A stretch of 64,000 bases of DNA from positions 64,232,001 through 64,296,000 of the forward strand of contig OX597832.1 in assembly GCA_951406725.2 (NCBI GenBank), read 5' to 3'. The stretch's first letter is position 1, and each line of letters begins with the position of its first letter. Positions 13,737 to 26,738 of the stretch are shown here, piece by piece. The position numbers and the translations under genes were made by a program. The notes under the pieces are model-generated. The model was not told where the DNA came from and searched no databases. It saw only the letters and a program-made list of their open reading frames with translations. This stretch comes from Octopus vulgaris. Taxonomy: Eukaryota.

Positions 13737-14184
13737 AAAGTTTGTTTGGTAAAGCACGTGGGTGAGTATATAAGAAAATAGTAAAGTGTGAAAAAACGAC
13801 AGAAGGCTTAAATGTTAAAAAATATATATATTTGTGTCAAAATGTCTGGAGAATATTGGAAAAATTTTTTTTCCCCTTTCCTTAAAATGACATAATTTTA
13901 AAATTTTTAAAGAAATTACCGGTTTCGCGTGTAGCTTTTCAAATTTCTTGTGACGTTATGTTTATATTGCATGGAATTATCGTTGTTTTTATTTCCAGGA
14001 GATTTCTAAATAAGGGGAGGTAGTGAGTGATTTTTTCCGGTGTAGGGGAGATAATCGCTTAAAAATGTTTTTTTTTCCCTTTTCCTTGTTAGTTTCTCTG
14101 TGTCAGTATGTTCGGATGGTTGAGTCTGGGTTTGTACTTTTCAATGAAGAATGTTTCCTTGTTCAGTCTCATTTGTGTTGATGA
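13735..14184 (-). mobile_element. Penelope-like retroelement, 5'-truncated 3' end
   Basis: Minus strand reads STQMRLNKETFFIEKYKPRLNH, resembling the GIY-YIG C-terminal R..KE..FI....P.LN motif, followed by an AT-rich 3' region with a hammerhead motif; inserted in (TA)n. Confidence 0.75.
13910..13949 (-). ncRNA. Minimal type I hammerhead ribozyme (U3:A8 core variant)
   Basis: aagaaat TTGAAAA gc tacac gc GAA accggt A atttctt: 7-bp stem I, 2-bp stem II, palindromic stem III, GUA cleavage triplet. Confidence 0.7.
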
Positions 14185-14730
14185 GTGGAACCTAACCCGG
14201 GACCACGTGAATGGGAATCAAGCTTCCTACAACACATATTTATATATATATATATATATTTATTTATTTATTTGTGTCTCTGTTTTTGTCCCCCACAACA
14301 TCGCTTGGCAACCGATGTTGGTGTGTTTACACGTCTCTGTAACTTACCGGTTCTGCAAAAGAGACCGATAAAATCAGTACTAGGATTACAATTAATAAGT
14401 CCTGCCATCGATTTTTTCGACTAAAGGCGGTGCTCCAGCATGGCTGCAGTCAAATGACTGAAACAAGTAAAAGAATAAAAGAACATAGGAATAGAACGCT
14501 GTGGTTTAGCCATAGATTCTCTTTGTAGTTGAGATTTCTGTCGTATTCGTATTAACTGTACGCAAACACTCACTGATTTTAGTAATTAATGTATAGCACT
14601 AACGATTGTATTGTTAAGCAAATATGCCAATAGAGTGATTGTTGTTCACAGTAATTTTCAGAATAAGTCTTTATAACTGTCTGTCTGTCCCTCTTCAAGT
14701 GCATTTTTCTGTCTTCCACGTCTCTCTGTC

Positions 14731-14814
14731 AGTGCGGGGCGCACAAAGCAAACTTTCCTGATGAACTGGTCATTAGTAACTCATCAGGAAAGTTTGCTTT
14801 CTGCGACCCACATT
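14731..14814. repeat. 84-nt inverted repeat / hairpin with a 20-bp perfect stem
   Basis: aaagcaaactttcctgatga (14745-14764) is the exact reverse complement of tcatcaggaaagtttgcttt (14781-14800); pairing extends outward with mismatches. Confidence 0.9.
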
Positions 14815-14898
14815 CTTGATGAGATGGGAATGACCGGCGCTACTAAACAAGATTGATCTCAAATCCTTTCAACAGAATGAGAAAAGGAACGAAAGTAA

Positions 14899-14957
<59 letters not shown>

Positions 14958-15098
14958 AACAAATACAGACAGGGATAGAGGGGGTCCTATGTGGCCGATT
15001 CCCTCATAAGTGCTGAATGTATGTGGATGTAACGATCTGTGTCAATCCATTTCAAATATACAAACGTGTGTGTGTGTATACACACACACACACACACA

Positions 15099-15142
<44 letters not shown>

Positions 15143-15316
15143 AAAGCCAGACACGGAGTAACACACAATCCCCCACCACTACCTCCCTCTCACACACACA
15201 CGTGTATGTGTATGTGTACATACCTATATGTCACCGAGAAAGTATGTTTACTATCAAGAGATAATGAGCAAAACGTTGAAGGAGGATGTAGATAAGTGCG
15301 CTTTTCTATACACAAG

Positions 15317-15355
<39 letters not shown>

Positions 15356-15390
15356 TGATGTATACACGCATATTTACATATACACATAAG

Positions 15391-15426
<36 letters not shown>

Positions 15427-15581
15427 TGTATGTATGTATGTATTTATGTATGTATCTATCTAACTATATAGCCATCTATCTATATATAGTCACACGCATG
15501 TATGTGCATATATACACGCAAGCATACATATTTACTGAGCTATGCATCCATCCATCCATCCATCCATCCATCCATCCATCC

Positions 15582-15627
<46 letters not shown>

Positions 15628-15790
15628 TTATCTATCTATCTACATATGTAATAGTGTGTGAGTATGTATATATATATCTATATTACATACATATATATAT
15701 AATATATTCACACATACATACACACGCACACATATATATGATATATACACAAGTAGTTAGATACACTCAAACGCATACATATATATACAT

Positions 15791-15844
<54 letters not shown>

Positions 15845-16291
15845 TGCATGTATATGTATATGTGTGTGTGTGTAATCAAAGTAAGCGAGAAGGAATCAAG
15901 AAAACAAAGAGAAAATCATGCCCGTAAGCTTTATTGAGCAATAATAAATCACGTGATAAATAAATGTTTTATAACTTTCGCCCTAAAAACTCTATGACAA
16001 ACTGCCAATCAAAAAAGCGAGCGTGGTGGCTTATAGTTTAAAGATGCCCAGGGGAGATAAGGACAAATTTTCGGTCGATTAATTCCGTTCTTTGATGTAT
16101 AATCCCCATGAATAGAAGTTGAATGGAAAATTTACAATTAGAAGATAAATGGAAGTTTTAGTGTTTGCTTACTTGTATATTTTTGGTTTGTTTATGTTAA
16201 ATTATGTTTGTTTTTATTCATTTTTGTGGTTCTGTCTTCTGTTATATATTTATAACCAGGAGCAAACACATAGATACACATTTAAACTTTG

Positions 16292-16349
<58 letters not shown>

Positions 16350-16517
16350 CTATACATAGATACACATACACATACTAATGTATATATATACAGACATACA
16401 TATACTTATGTGTATATATATACGAGGAGAGAGAGGGGGAGAGAGATATATGTATGTGTGTATATATTATATACATATGTATACAAAATATGCACATATA
16501 TATACTTACACTCAAGC

Positions 16518-16578
<61 letters not shown>

Positions 16579-16918
16579 GTTTGTGCACATATATGTACGT
16601 AAGCTTTCGATTAAATGCACACAGACACGCACATGTCTAGCTATCCATCTTACTATGTCGTTAGCTGCTTCGCTTTGAGCTAACATATAAGTACGGCTAG
16701 TTTTATACAGACTGACGTAAGAATGAATATGTTAATAATAGTAGGCATCTTGTCTTGTCATATTTCTGGAGACTGTTGTATATATTCCCCAAATTAAGAA
16801 GCTTGGCTGTACTTAAGATTTTCAATATATAGAAACGTACACCAAGACAGATTTAGATACATACCCACTAACATACTGATTAGGTATGTACTTATATATA
16901 TATATATATAAGTGTGTA

Positions 16919-16959
<41 letters not shown>

Positions 16960-17662
16960 TCATAGATATGTATACGTATACACATATAGAATATATAGTA
17001 AATATGCTAGGTGTATATGTGTGCATAGTATATCTACCTTATAAATCTACGTCTATATGCATGTACATGCATGCACACTCGTATACATGCATGGAAACTA
17101 AAAAGTTTTTTTTCCACAATAAAATATCCCGTACCGGTTTCAAATCTGAAAGAATGTCATCATTCTAATACACGTGTCTAACGACTGGCTGTCAGCCTTT
17201 AATTGAAATATACCATAATGCATCGAGCGGGATTTGTCTTTTCATGTACACCGTAAATGACAAAGGAAGTAACGGTTAATACGTTATCATATATTAATAT
17301 AAAATTACGGTGGATGGTTATATTTTCGCAAATTTTGATATTTGGGGATAACATTCAAGATTAAATGAGGTAATTTTCTATTCATTAACATTTACTTTTC
17401 GTAATGACTGGCGGCCAATTTTCAGCAGCCTCTCTTTTTTCTTCTTCACCTGTTTCTGTTCGTGTTGTGTGTGTATTCTTTCCGTGTAGTTCATCGTTGT
17501 AGCCGTTGTGTTTTAGAAGTTTCAAAGTAGTTTAGAAGTTTCAAAGTAGCCAGAATACATCTCTCGTCAGGTCTAAACGGACAAGATTTGTGTGTGTCTT
17601 TGTGCGTGTGGGTGTGTATTTTTTCTTGTGCTGCAACAACGATTAAGCCCTTGGATAATACA

Positions 17663-17812
17663 GTTCTATATGTAAGAGATGTGGAATTATGTACGTTATT
17701 TGCATATGTTTGTTGTTAACAGAATGTTTCGGCTGATATACCCTCCAGCCTTCATCAGGTGTCTTGGAGACATTTTGAACCTGGGTTCTCGCTCCTAAGG
17801 TATTTTTCGATA

Positions 17813-17869
<57 letters not shown>

Positions 17870-17940
17870 TCCCTGCCTGGAATCGAACTCGGAATCTTGG
17901 AGTTAGTAGCCCGCGCTCTTAACCACTACGCCATATGGTC
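17663..17940 (-). mobile_element. tRNA-headed SINE-like element carrying a degenerate hammerhead ribozyme
   Basis: Head gaccataTGGCGTAGTGGttaagagcgcgggctactaactccaagattccGAGTTCGATTCC (A and B boxes), then (AAT)n, then acacCTGATGAaggctg..cagccGAAAc. Confidence 0.75.
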
Positions 17941-18056
17941 CTGGAGTTCATCGTTGTAGACCATATGTTTTAGAAGTTTTTAAGAAGCCAGAATACATCT
18001 CTCATAAGGTCTGAACGGACAAGATTTCTGTTTCTGTGCGTGTATGTCTGTGTGTG

Positions 18057-18112
<56 letters not shown>

Positions 18113-18905
18113 CTCAATATTGGAGACCAGGACCTTAGCTATTACAAAAGAAAGAGTTGAACTTGACCACAACGTGGTGTGAACTCAGACTATCAGAGAA
18201 TCGGTTTGTAAACGCAATTCCTTCTTGTTGAAGCTCGAACGATTTTTCAACTTGTCTACATACGGGTGCACGCGCATTTTGTTGGTCATAACGCTTCGAT
18301 AAACATTACAGTATGTATGTAAATATATGCGTATATGTGTGTGTATCTATAAATGTATATAAACGTTTGTGTGTGTATATATAAGTATATGTATATAGAT
18401 ATGGCTATGTGTATACATTTATATGCACAAACATGTCTGTATGTGAGTATGTATGTATGTATTTATGTATAAGCTACTTATCAAGACAAAGGCGAGTCTG
18501 TGTCTCTAAGTATAATGCAAATTAAAATACATACCTATCTAAACAAGAAAAAAATGTAAATATTACAATAAAAACAAAAAAAAACTTCCATAAAGTAAAC
18601 AAATAACATAACCTAAAATAATTCCCATAAAAGCCACATATACAGATAACGAATAAAATATATTTTAATTCCTGAATCAACTGGAAGTAAATCAAATACC
18701 AACATCCGTTCGAGATGGTTGCAGAGAAAAGTCGCAGATTGTGTTGCTGCTCGAGGAATTATTGTTTGTGTGACAACATAATCTGTGTTAAGTTTTCACC
18801 AACACGTACCGAGGATTGCCACAACCATCTGCTATTTAGTCTCTGCTATTCAAATTCACCGATAGTTTACTTCGTATCTTTCCAGCTTGCGTTTATTATT
18901 ATTAA

Positions 18906-18968
<63 letters not shown>

Positions 18969-19126
18969 CATTATTATTACAGTTAGTAGTTTGTTACAAG
19001 TGGAAGAATTCAATGAATTAAATTTGTAAAAATAAGAAAAGAGAAATGTGGAAATATGTGTGTGTATCTACACGCCCAAGATCATATACTGGAAATATTA
19101 CGTTATATATGCATATATCTGTGTTT

Positions 19127-19189
<63 letters not shown>

Positions 19190-19821
19190 AGAGAGAGAGA
19201 GAGAGAGATTCATACATATGCATATGTATATACTTATACATACATATATATGCATACATATACGTACATGCGTGTGTCTGATTGTGTATGTACAGGTGTG
19301 TACGCGTGTAACTGGCCATTTTGTGTGCATATATATACATACATGCATACATGCATACATATATATATATACAATTATATGTATACATATATATTTATCC
19401 GCATACATACACATATATATGTTTTGTATGTGTGTGTCTGTATATATATATTCTTTCGTATACACGCATACTGGCCAAACTTGAAATCTTTTCTATGGTA
19501 GCCAACTATTTAAAACAAATACTGTTTATTTATATAGTTATTACGGTCGAGCAATGTTTTATGTTTTTATTTATTTGTTTCTAGTTGCTATGTTAAAACC
19601 AAAATTCTATGCAAATAAGATATGGTCTGTGTTACTGTAACGTAAATTGCTTGAAAGGAATTAGTATTTCGGCGAAGAGCATTGAATAAATGAGTAGATT
19701 AAATATGAAGTTTGTGGATGACCAATTCGATATTGTATTAGATAAAAGAAAATCATGAAATGGTGGGAACCTGTTGGGGATTTGTTTCGTTTGCAGATAT
19801 TTTTCTACACCTGATTTAGTA

Positions 19822-20178
19822 TGGTTGTGTGTTTAAGAAGTTAGCTTCCTGATCATGTTATTTCGAGTTCAGTCTCATTGCACTTCTCATCGCCTTGGGT
19901 AAATTGTTTTCGGTTACAAATACTGATCTTGCGAGTGAATTTGTTAGCTGCAAACCATGTGGAAGTCCGTCGTGTTCATATGTGTGTGTGTGTTTGATCT
20001 TGACCCACTGCTTGACAACCGGCTTATCTACGTCCCACAAACGTAATAGCTTAGCAAAGACAATCCATGGAAAACAAGACTTTAAAAAATTAAGAAATGG
20101 CGTCAGTTTGTTCGACTAACCCTTTCAAGACCGTGCCCCAGCATGGACACAATGCCATAACTGAGACAAGTAAAAGAA
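19822..20178 (+). mobile_element. SINE family A, degenerate
   Basis: gagttcagtctcattgc..gccttgggtaa; cttgacaaccgg; gttcgactaa..ccagcatgg..actgagacaagtaaaagaa. Confidence 0.7.
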
Positions 20179-20636
20179 CTGTTAGAAATCGGGTAGGATT
20201 AGAATAGAAAAATTCGGAATATATATATATATATATTTGCGTGTGTACACACACACGCACATTAATTTATAATTTTATGCCAATTTATATATGTAAAAAC
20301 GATTTAGCATTAAACTAAAGAATAACTCAATGCCTTATTAATCTCTATTAAATTTTACAAGCGAGTTGACAATGACTTCGAACTTCGGCTTGTTAGCTTT
20401 CGTCAGCCATAGTATTTATATGCAGATACACTAAGCGAATTAGTCATTAGAGCATTGGACAGAACGCTTCGAGGTATATTTCCTTACTCTCAGTGGGGGT
20501 TCACATCCTGTTGAGGTGCTGTTTACTTTTCAGCTTGTGTTTGTGTATGTTTATGTATGTATGATGGTGTACATAAAAATATTTGCCTCAAGGAAGCCAG
20601 TATGGCTTGAAGGAACATTGACTATTATTTGTTGTA

Positions 20637-20830
20637 AGGCGTCGAGCTGGCAGAATCGCTAGCAAACCGGGCAAACGCTTTACGGCATTTCGTCTGTCTT
20701 CACTTTCTGAGTTCAAATTCCGCCGAGGTCAACTTTGCCTTTCATCCTTTCGGGATCGATAAATTAAGTACCAGTGAAACACTGGGGTCCTTGAAATCGA
20801 CTGGTTCTCCCTCCCCAAAATTTCAGGAAA
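20637..20830 (+). mobile_element. SINE family B
   Basis: ggcgtcgagctggcagaatcg..ctgagttcaaattccgccgaggtcaactttgcctttcatcctttcgggatcgataaattaagtaccag. Confidence 0.85.
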
Positions 20831-21539
20831 GGATTATTTGTTGCAAGTCGAACAACTACGCAGGTGACTCTTCCTTCAGCTCGTTAAGCTTGTGTTCGCA
20901 TATTTGGGAATCCTGGAATCTAACTAATCTTCTGTACTCGATCCTAGTCTCGTGGATATGGTGCTGTGTCGACAGTTCGTGCCACTACTTTGGCAAGAAA
21001 TTACGCAGCAAACGTCTTAAAATTGATATTGATAGAACCTACCTCACAGAAATACAAGGTGCAACGGTCATCTTACAAATCGAAAATAATATATTATCTA
21101 TCGGTAACGATATTGGTTTTAGAAAAAAGACCGAGGAGCAAGCCAGGTTAGGATGATTGCTGTAATAACGAAAAAGGACAAACGAAAACAAAATAATAAC
21201 ATATATTCTTCTTTTGGATATGAGGAAGTTATAAAGTACAAGATGGAAGCCAACTACATTGTGGTAAAAAGGTTTATATGAATAGAAAACAGGAGAAAAT
21301 TAAAAAGAATCGGAACTCCATAAAATGCAATGGAATGAATAGAGAGAAAAGTTCTTGAAGCTTAATATTATGCAAGACTGAACAGAAAGGAAGTGAGCCA
21401 TTATGAAAGCTAACAATGGCTGAAAAAGCCCTGGAGAAAAGTCAGAAACGGGAGGTCTGGCTTTTACTTTCATAATATTAATGGCTAACAAAAGTGAAAT
21501 AATACAATAAGAGACTAACATTAACTGTGGACCATAAAG

Positions 21540-21870
21540 ACTACATAAAATTTATATAAAAACACCATCAATGAATTACATCGCATCCGGTTGCTCAGTC
21601 TTTGCAAAATTAAAATATATTTTCGGGTATGTCCACCGGGAATGTAGTTGTGTCCAGTGGGATACAGCAGCATCAAAATTGCTGATAATAAATCATGTGA
21701 ACAAGAAACCCAACAAAATTTGTGAATTTGATATAGTTTCGATTGTCTGGGATGAACGAGTCCGATCCAATCTGATAAGGAGTTCAAAACCACATGATGA
21801 GACACTAAGATCAAAAGGGGAACAGAAAAGAAATGAACAGAAAGATGAAACCAAAAAATTATCTCTGTAT
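21540..21870 (+). mobile_element. Degenerate R4/Dong-like LINE fragment (zinc-knuckle region)
   Basis: MNYIASGCSVFAKLKY..H..VQW resembles the INHIISGCPVLAKKEY..YIKW read from the copy at 40191-40890. Confidence 0.45.
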
Positions 21871-23199
21871 ACATGATGGTGGATCATCGTCGTTCGACGA
21901 GGAGGATTCAATAGTTAAGTCATTTGAAATAACTGCTCCTGAATTAATGTGTATTCCACATACATGTATACCATTCAGACAGAATCGGTGTGATAGTGTA
22001 TGACAAGGGTGTCCCTTTTGAATTACAGATACAATTCACTTTTATAGTCTTCTGTAAAACCTCTACTCATTTTCAATCACAAATTATGGTAACAGAGAAT
22101 TAAATTTGCCCAAGATGCCAAAGTGTGAGAACGAACCTGGACATTGTGGTCCGTGACGAACTTATTTAACATTCGTCCTACCACTAACAATTGTAACCTC
22201 TTCCTTCTTGTTCGCATCTCCCCAGAACTAGTCCTGGGCAAAACATTAATTTCTATCCGGTGGTAAGGCCCTAGCTTGGTAATTCGAGAGTTTAGAGGAA
22301 TAGGAATTTAATTTTTAGGTCACCATTACTGCCAGGTATGCTCTGACCGCGATGGTATCTGCCAAATGCACCAGTAATGGGTCAAATAGTAGAAGATAGT
22401 TCTGGGACTAAAACAAAGAAAACTTGGAGGCAAGCTGATTTGTAAACATGTGTCCAGGGCATACATCATTTTGTTGACAAGCCTTGATGTCACGTGACTA
22501 CTCTCCTTACATAAGAACTAAATATATCCTGTGTTTTTAGAGTAAGCTTGGGAGAATAGGAGACGAACAAGGCAAATTGGATTTAAGCCAGTAGTAGACA
22601 ATGGGTGATCATTACTGTTTTCTCTTAGAAACTGTAGATGGTCGCAGACATATTTGTAAATGGTTCTAGAAGTGCTGCTGTTTAAAGAATTCTACCCATC
22701 CCACGATATTTGCCTTGATCATGGGGCTAGGAATACATCCATATGAAGTTTAAAATGACATCAATAAGTCCTTGGTGTTTTATTCAAAAATACAAGTCGT
22801 ATTCATGATGCAGTTACCCATGGACTGGGTTTGCAGAGGACAAGATTCATCTTCCAATGATTAGTGAAACTAAGACAAAATATACGAAGATTATTTCTAC
22901 AAGGAAAGATGAAAGGCAAACGCCTGAGTGGAAGACGCCTGGAGGCATGGTACGTCAAAAAGATAAGAGATAAAAGAAACAAAACGCGGTGAAGACGAGA
23001 TTATTTCATTTCCTACAGTAAAGGTTCGAACAAATGTCGTGATAGACGAAATAATGTTAGAGATGATAATGATGGCCACGGAGTAAACGATGATGGTACA
23101 GAAAAGGGACAACAGAACAAACGATGATGGTACAGAGAAGGGATAATGGAGAAAGCAATGCTGGTGACGAATCAACAGGGAAGCTTCTACGGCGTTAGT

Positions 23200-23630
23200 C
23201 GAGTGTTAGAAACAGCTGTTAAATCTTCCTCAAATCTCAACCACATGGTGCAGTCTAAAAAAGCAGATCGCATTTGATAATGTAGTAGATTGTAAACTGA
23301 AAGTCGCCCAGTGGTTCATGGTTGGAATATTTTCTTTAATAGATTGTAGATGATTAGAGGTGCCTGGCAGGGGTGGAGGTGGAATTAAACAACGACGACA
23401 ACAACAACAACAACAGCAAAATTGTGATTATGGGACAAGAATGAAGCATCTATGTGAACGCTTGCCATTTTATTAATGACAATTTGCCTCAAAATTGCAC
23501 TTTATCATTTTATATATTAAAAGACAGACACGTCAGACAATGCGTTCTATATATAAACTAAAACATGTGAGAGTGTCACGGCTGGAATGCTCTTGGTCAT
23601 GAGCCTCTTGGATCAGAGCCGACAGCAGCA
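23200..23630 (+). repeat. Old interspersed repeat family (two tandem decayed copies; related pieces at about 41455-41620 and 7000-7110)
   Basis: Shared skeleton aaa(c/t)agc..aaat..ataatg..(c/t)ggctggaatgc..gatcagag..aaacaac. Confidence 0.4.
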
Positions 23631-23888
23631 TGTGTGTGTACGTGTGTGTGTGGATAAACACCATTAACAACACCTCATATCACTGTTGTTTGATGAATGT
23701 TGCTGCGGTTGATGCTGATGATGATAAAAAAAATTGCGAATTAACAAACAAACAACAAACAAGTCAAAAACCTCTGATACAAATTTCTAGAAAAGAGAAC
23801 AAAATACACCCACCCCACATTCCATCCACAAACACACCCAGGCACCCAGAAACATTTAAAATTATTATTTGATTATTTTCCTATACTT

Positions 23889-24061
<173 letters not shown>

Positions 24062-24250
24062 GCCTTTCGACAAATTTTCAACAATTTACCATTCTCTAGT
24101 AGAAGTGAACCAATTGAAGAGAAGAATAAAATAGAAATGGTAATATAACTCGACATTGGCAGCAGAAATACGTCATAGCTACAGAAATGGGCGCCAGACA
24201 TTTCCTGTTTTCGTTATTTAAATCAGTAAAACTTTAATGAAAAATATATT

Positions 24251-24252
<2 letters not shown>

Positions 24253-24313
<61 letters not shown>

Positions 24314-24464
24314 TACATATATATATGTATGTATATATACATATATATGTATATATACATATATATATATGCATATATATATACGTATATATACACGTAT
24401 ATATACATACATATATACACACATATATATATATAAATACATATATACATATATACATACATAT

Positions 24465-24532
<68 letters not shown>
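24253..24532. repeat. (AT)n/(ATAC)n microsatellite
   Basis: Direct inspection. Confidence 0.95.
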
Positions 24533-24535
<3 letters not shown>

Positions 24536-25327
24536 CATGTACTAATGTACGTATATGCAGATTGTATATATACATACGTTTCTATATGTGTTTAAGTATA
24601 TGTATGTATTCACACTGTAAGCAATATATTTTATACAAACTCTGCTATTATTACTTCACAAAAGTGATGAGGGAATTGATTTGCAGTCGTTTGAAGCAGA
24701 CATTTTCTCCCCAACGTAGACAATTCCCTCGACACTCTCGTATATAGATATACCCATATATATATATATATATATATGTATGTATTGTGTGTGATATGTG
24801 TACGTGGTGTTTGTAACTGTATATATACGTATGTTTGCGTGTGTTTTTGTGTGTGTGTATCTCATTAGCCTTGGGCTGTACTCGTAGATGCCTTACGCTC
24901 ATGCACACATATACGTACCTCTGTCTGTGTATGTGTGTGCATATGTATGCATGTATTTGAATATTTATGTTGCGTAATGTTGTCTGATCCTCCGTCTCTC
25001 CCCACGAAACTGTATATATATGTAATATATATATACAAGGAGAGGGAAGCTGCATTACAATTCTCTCCCACCCTCTCTCTCTATATATATATGTATATAT
25101 ATATGCGTATATATGTAGATATACATATATATATATATATATCTGTGTGCGTGTCTATATGCATATATTGTATGCATAGCTTTCTAATACACCTCCAAAT
25201 GAAATATGTACACTTAGTTTTCTTTAGAAATTATTTTTCCATTTATATAAACTAAACGTTCACCCCTCCACCTGTGCGTACATCAACATATCTATGCATA
25301 TAAATACATACATACATACATACATAC

Positions 25328-25376
<49 letters not shown>

Positions 25377-25433
25377 CATATATAAGTATATATAAGTATA
25401 TATATAAGTATGTATATATGTTATATATATGTG

Positions 25434-25488
<55 letters not shown>

Positions 25489-25529
25489 ACCTCTCTGCAT
25501 ACATATATCTGAAATGTTTAAGCATATTG

Positions 25530-25577
<48 letters not shown>

Positions 25578-25610
25578 GTTTAAATATTTGTTGTGCAAGA
25601 TTTTTTTATA

Positions 25611-25648
<38 letters not shown>

Positions 25649-25759
25649 CACATATATATAACATATATACATACTTATATATACACACATATAAATATAT
25701 ATACATACATATACATATATTTACATACATATACATACATACATACGTATACATATATT

Positions 25760-25803
<44 letters not shown>

Positions 25804-25903
25804 TATACTTATACATACTTATATATATGCATATATACATATGTACATGCATATATACATACACACACACATATATATATATATACATATTCATATATAC
25901 ATT

Positions 25904-25941
<38 letters not shown>

Positions 25942-26324
25942 TATATATATACATATACATATATATATGTATAGACTCTAGGTAGGTCTCTACACTAAGT
26001 TTGTTGAATTCATTATTTCCCATGATATTGTGCTCTGGCCATGCTGTAGCATTACCCTAGTCATTTATATCGTTACGTTTGACCATAGTTACTGTAGTAC
26101 TTGCATTTATCATGCGCTTAACCTTGCAAATGCGTTGTCAATGAGTAGCCTTTAGAAGATATCCTACCTATAGAAGATTTTTTCCTTCATCTCCCGAACT
26201 AGCGTCACATCCTGGTCAACTTATAAACAGTTTTCACTTAAGTCCGTGGCCTTTTATTCAGTTGCACTTACTCTGGACTGTTCTCGGTCGCCAAAGCCTT
26301 CTGGACGTTGGCAACGGAATTATT

Positions 26325-26595
26325 CTTCGTATCTTTTATCTTGACTTGTTTCAGGCATTGGACTTCGGCTATGTTGGAGGACTGCCTCGAAGGGTTTAAT
26401 CGCGAAACTCGATACCAGGTTAAATTTAAATTGTAGTTCTTACGTGATACGTCTATTTAGCCGAACTGTTAAGTCAAAGGGACATTAACAAACTAACACC
26501 ATTTGTAAAGCAATGCGAGGGGAAAGCATACCAAACGAATAGTTACATATCGTTCTCTCTCTATATTCATACAAACGTACATACATATTTATATA

Positions 26596-26644
<49 letters not shown>

Positions 26645-26696
26645 TATGTATATATATATATATGTATATACATGTTTATATATACATAAACATATA

Positions 26697-26738
<42 letters not shown>

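Larger units (their letters stand above)
13540..14483 (+). mobile_element. SINE family A split by a Penelope-like insertion
   Basis: 5' half at about 13540-13680; 3' half at about 14270-14483 (cgactaaaggcggtgctccagcatggctgcagtcaaatgactgaaacaagtaaaagaataaaagaa). Confidence 0.8.

Noticed and set aside
14759-14795. Hammerhead ribozyme in the 84-nt hairpin (CTGATGA...GAAA)
   Set aside because: CTGATGA is sequestered in the perfect stem, and no stem II/III or cleavage triplet fits the consensus.
17866-17940. Functional tRNA gene (apparent anticodon ACT)
   Set aside because: The acceptor and anticodon stems do not close properly, and tRNA-Ser(ACT) is not normally used in eukaryotes; treated as a SINE head.
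20368-20412. Minus-strand hammerhead-like ctgacga-aagct..agcc-gaagttcgaagtc
   Set aside because: GAAA core is broken and stem I does not pair; at best a decayed remnant.
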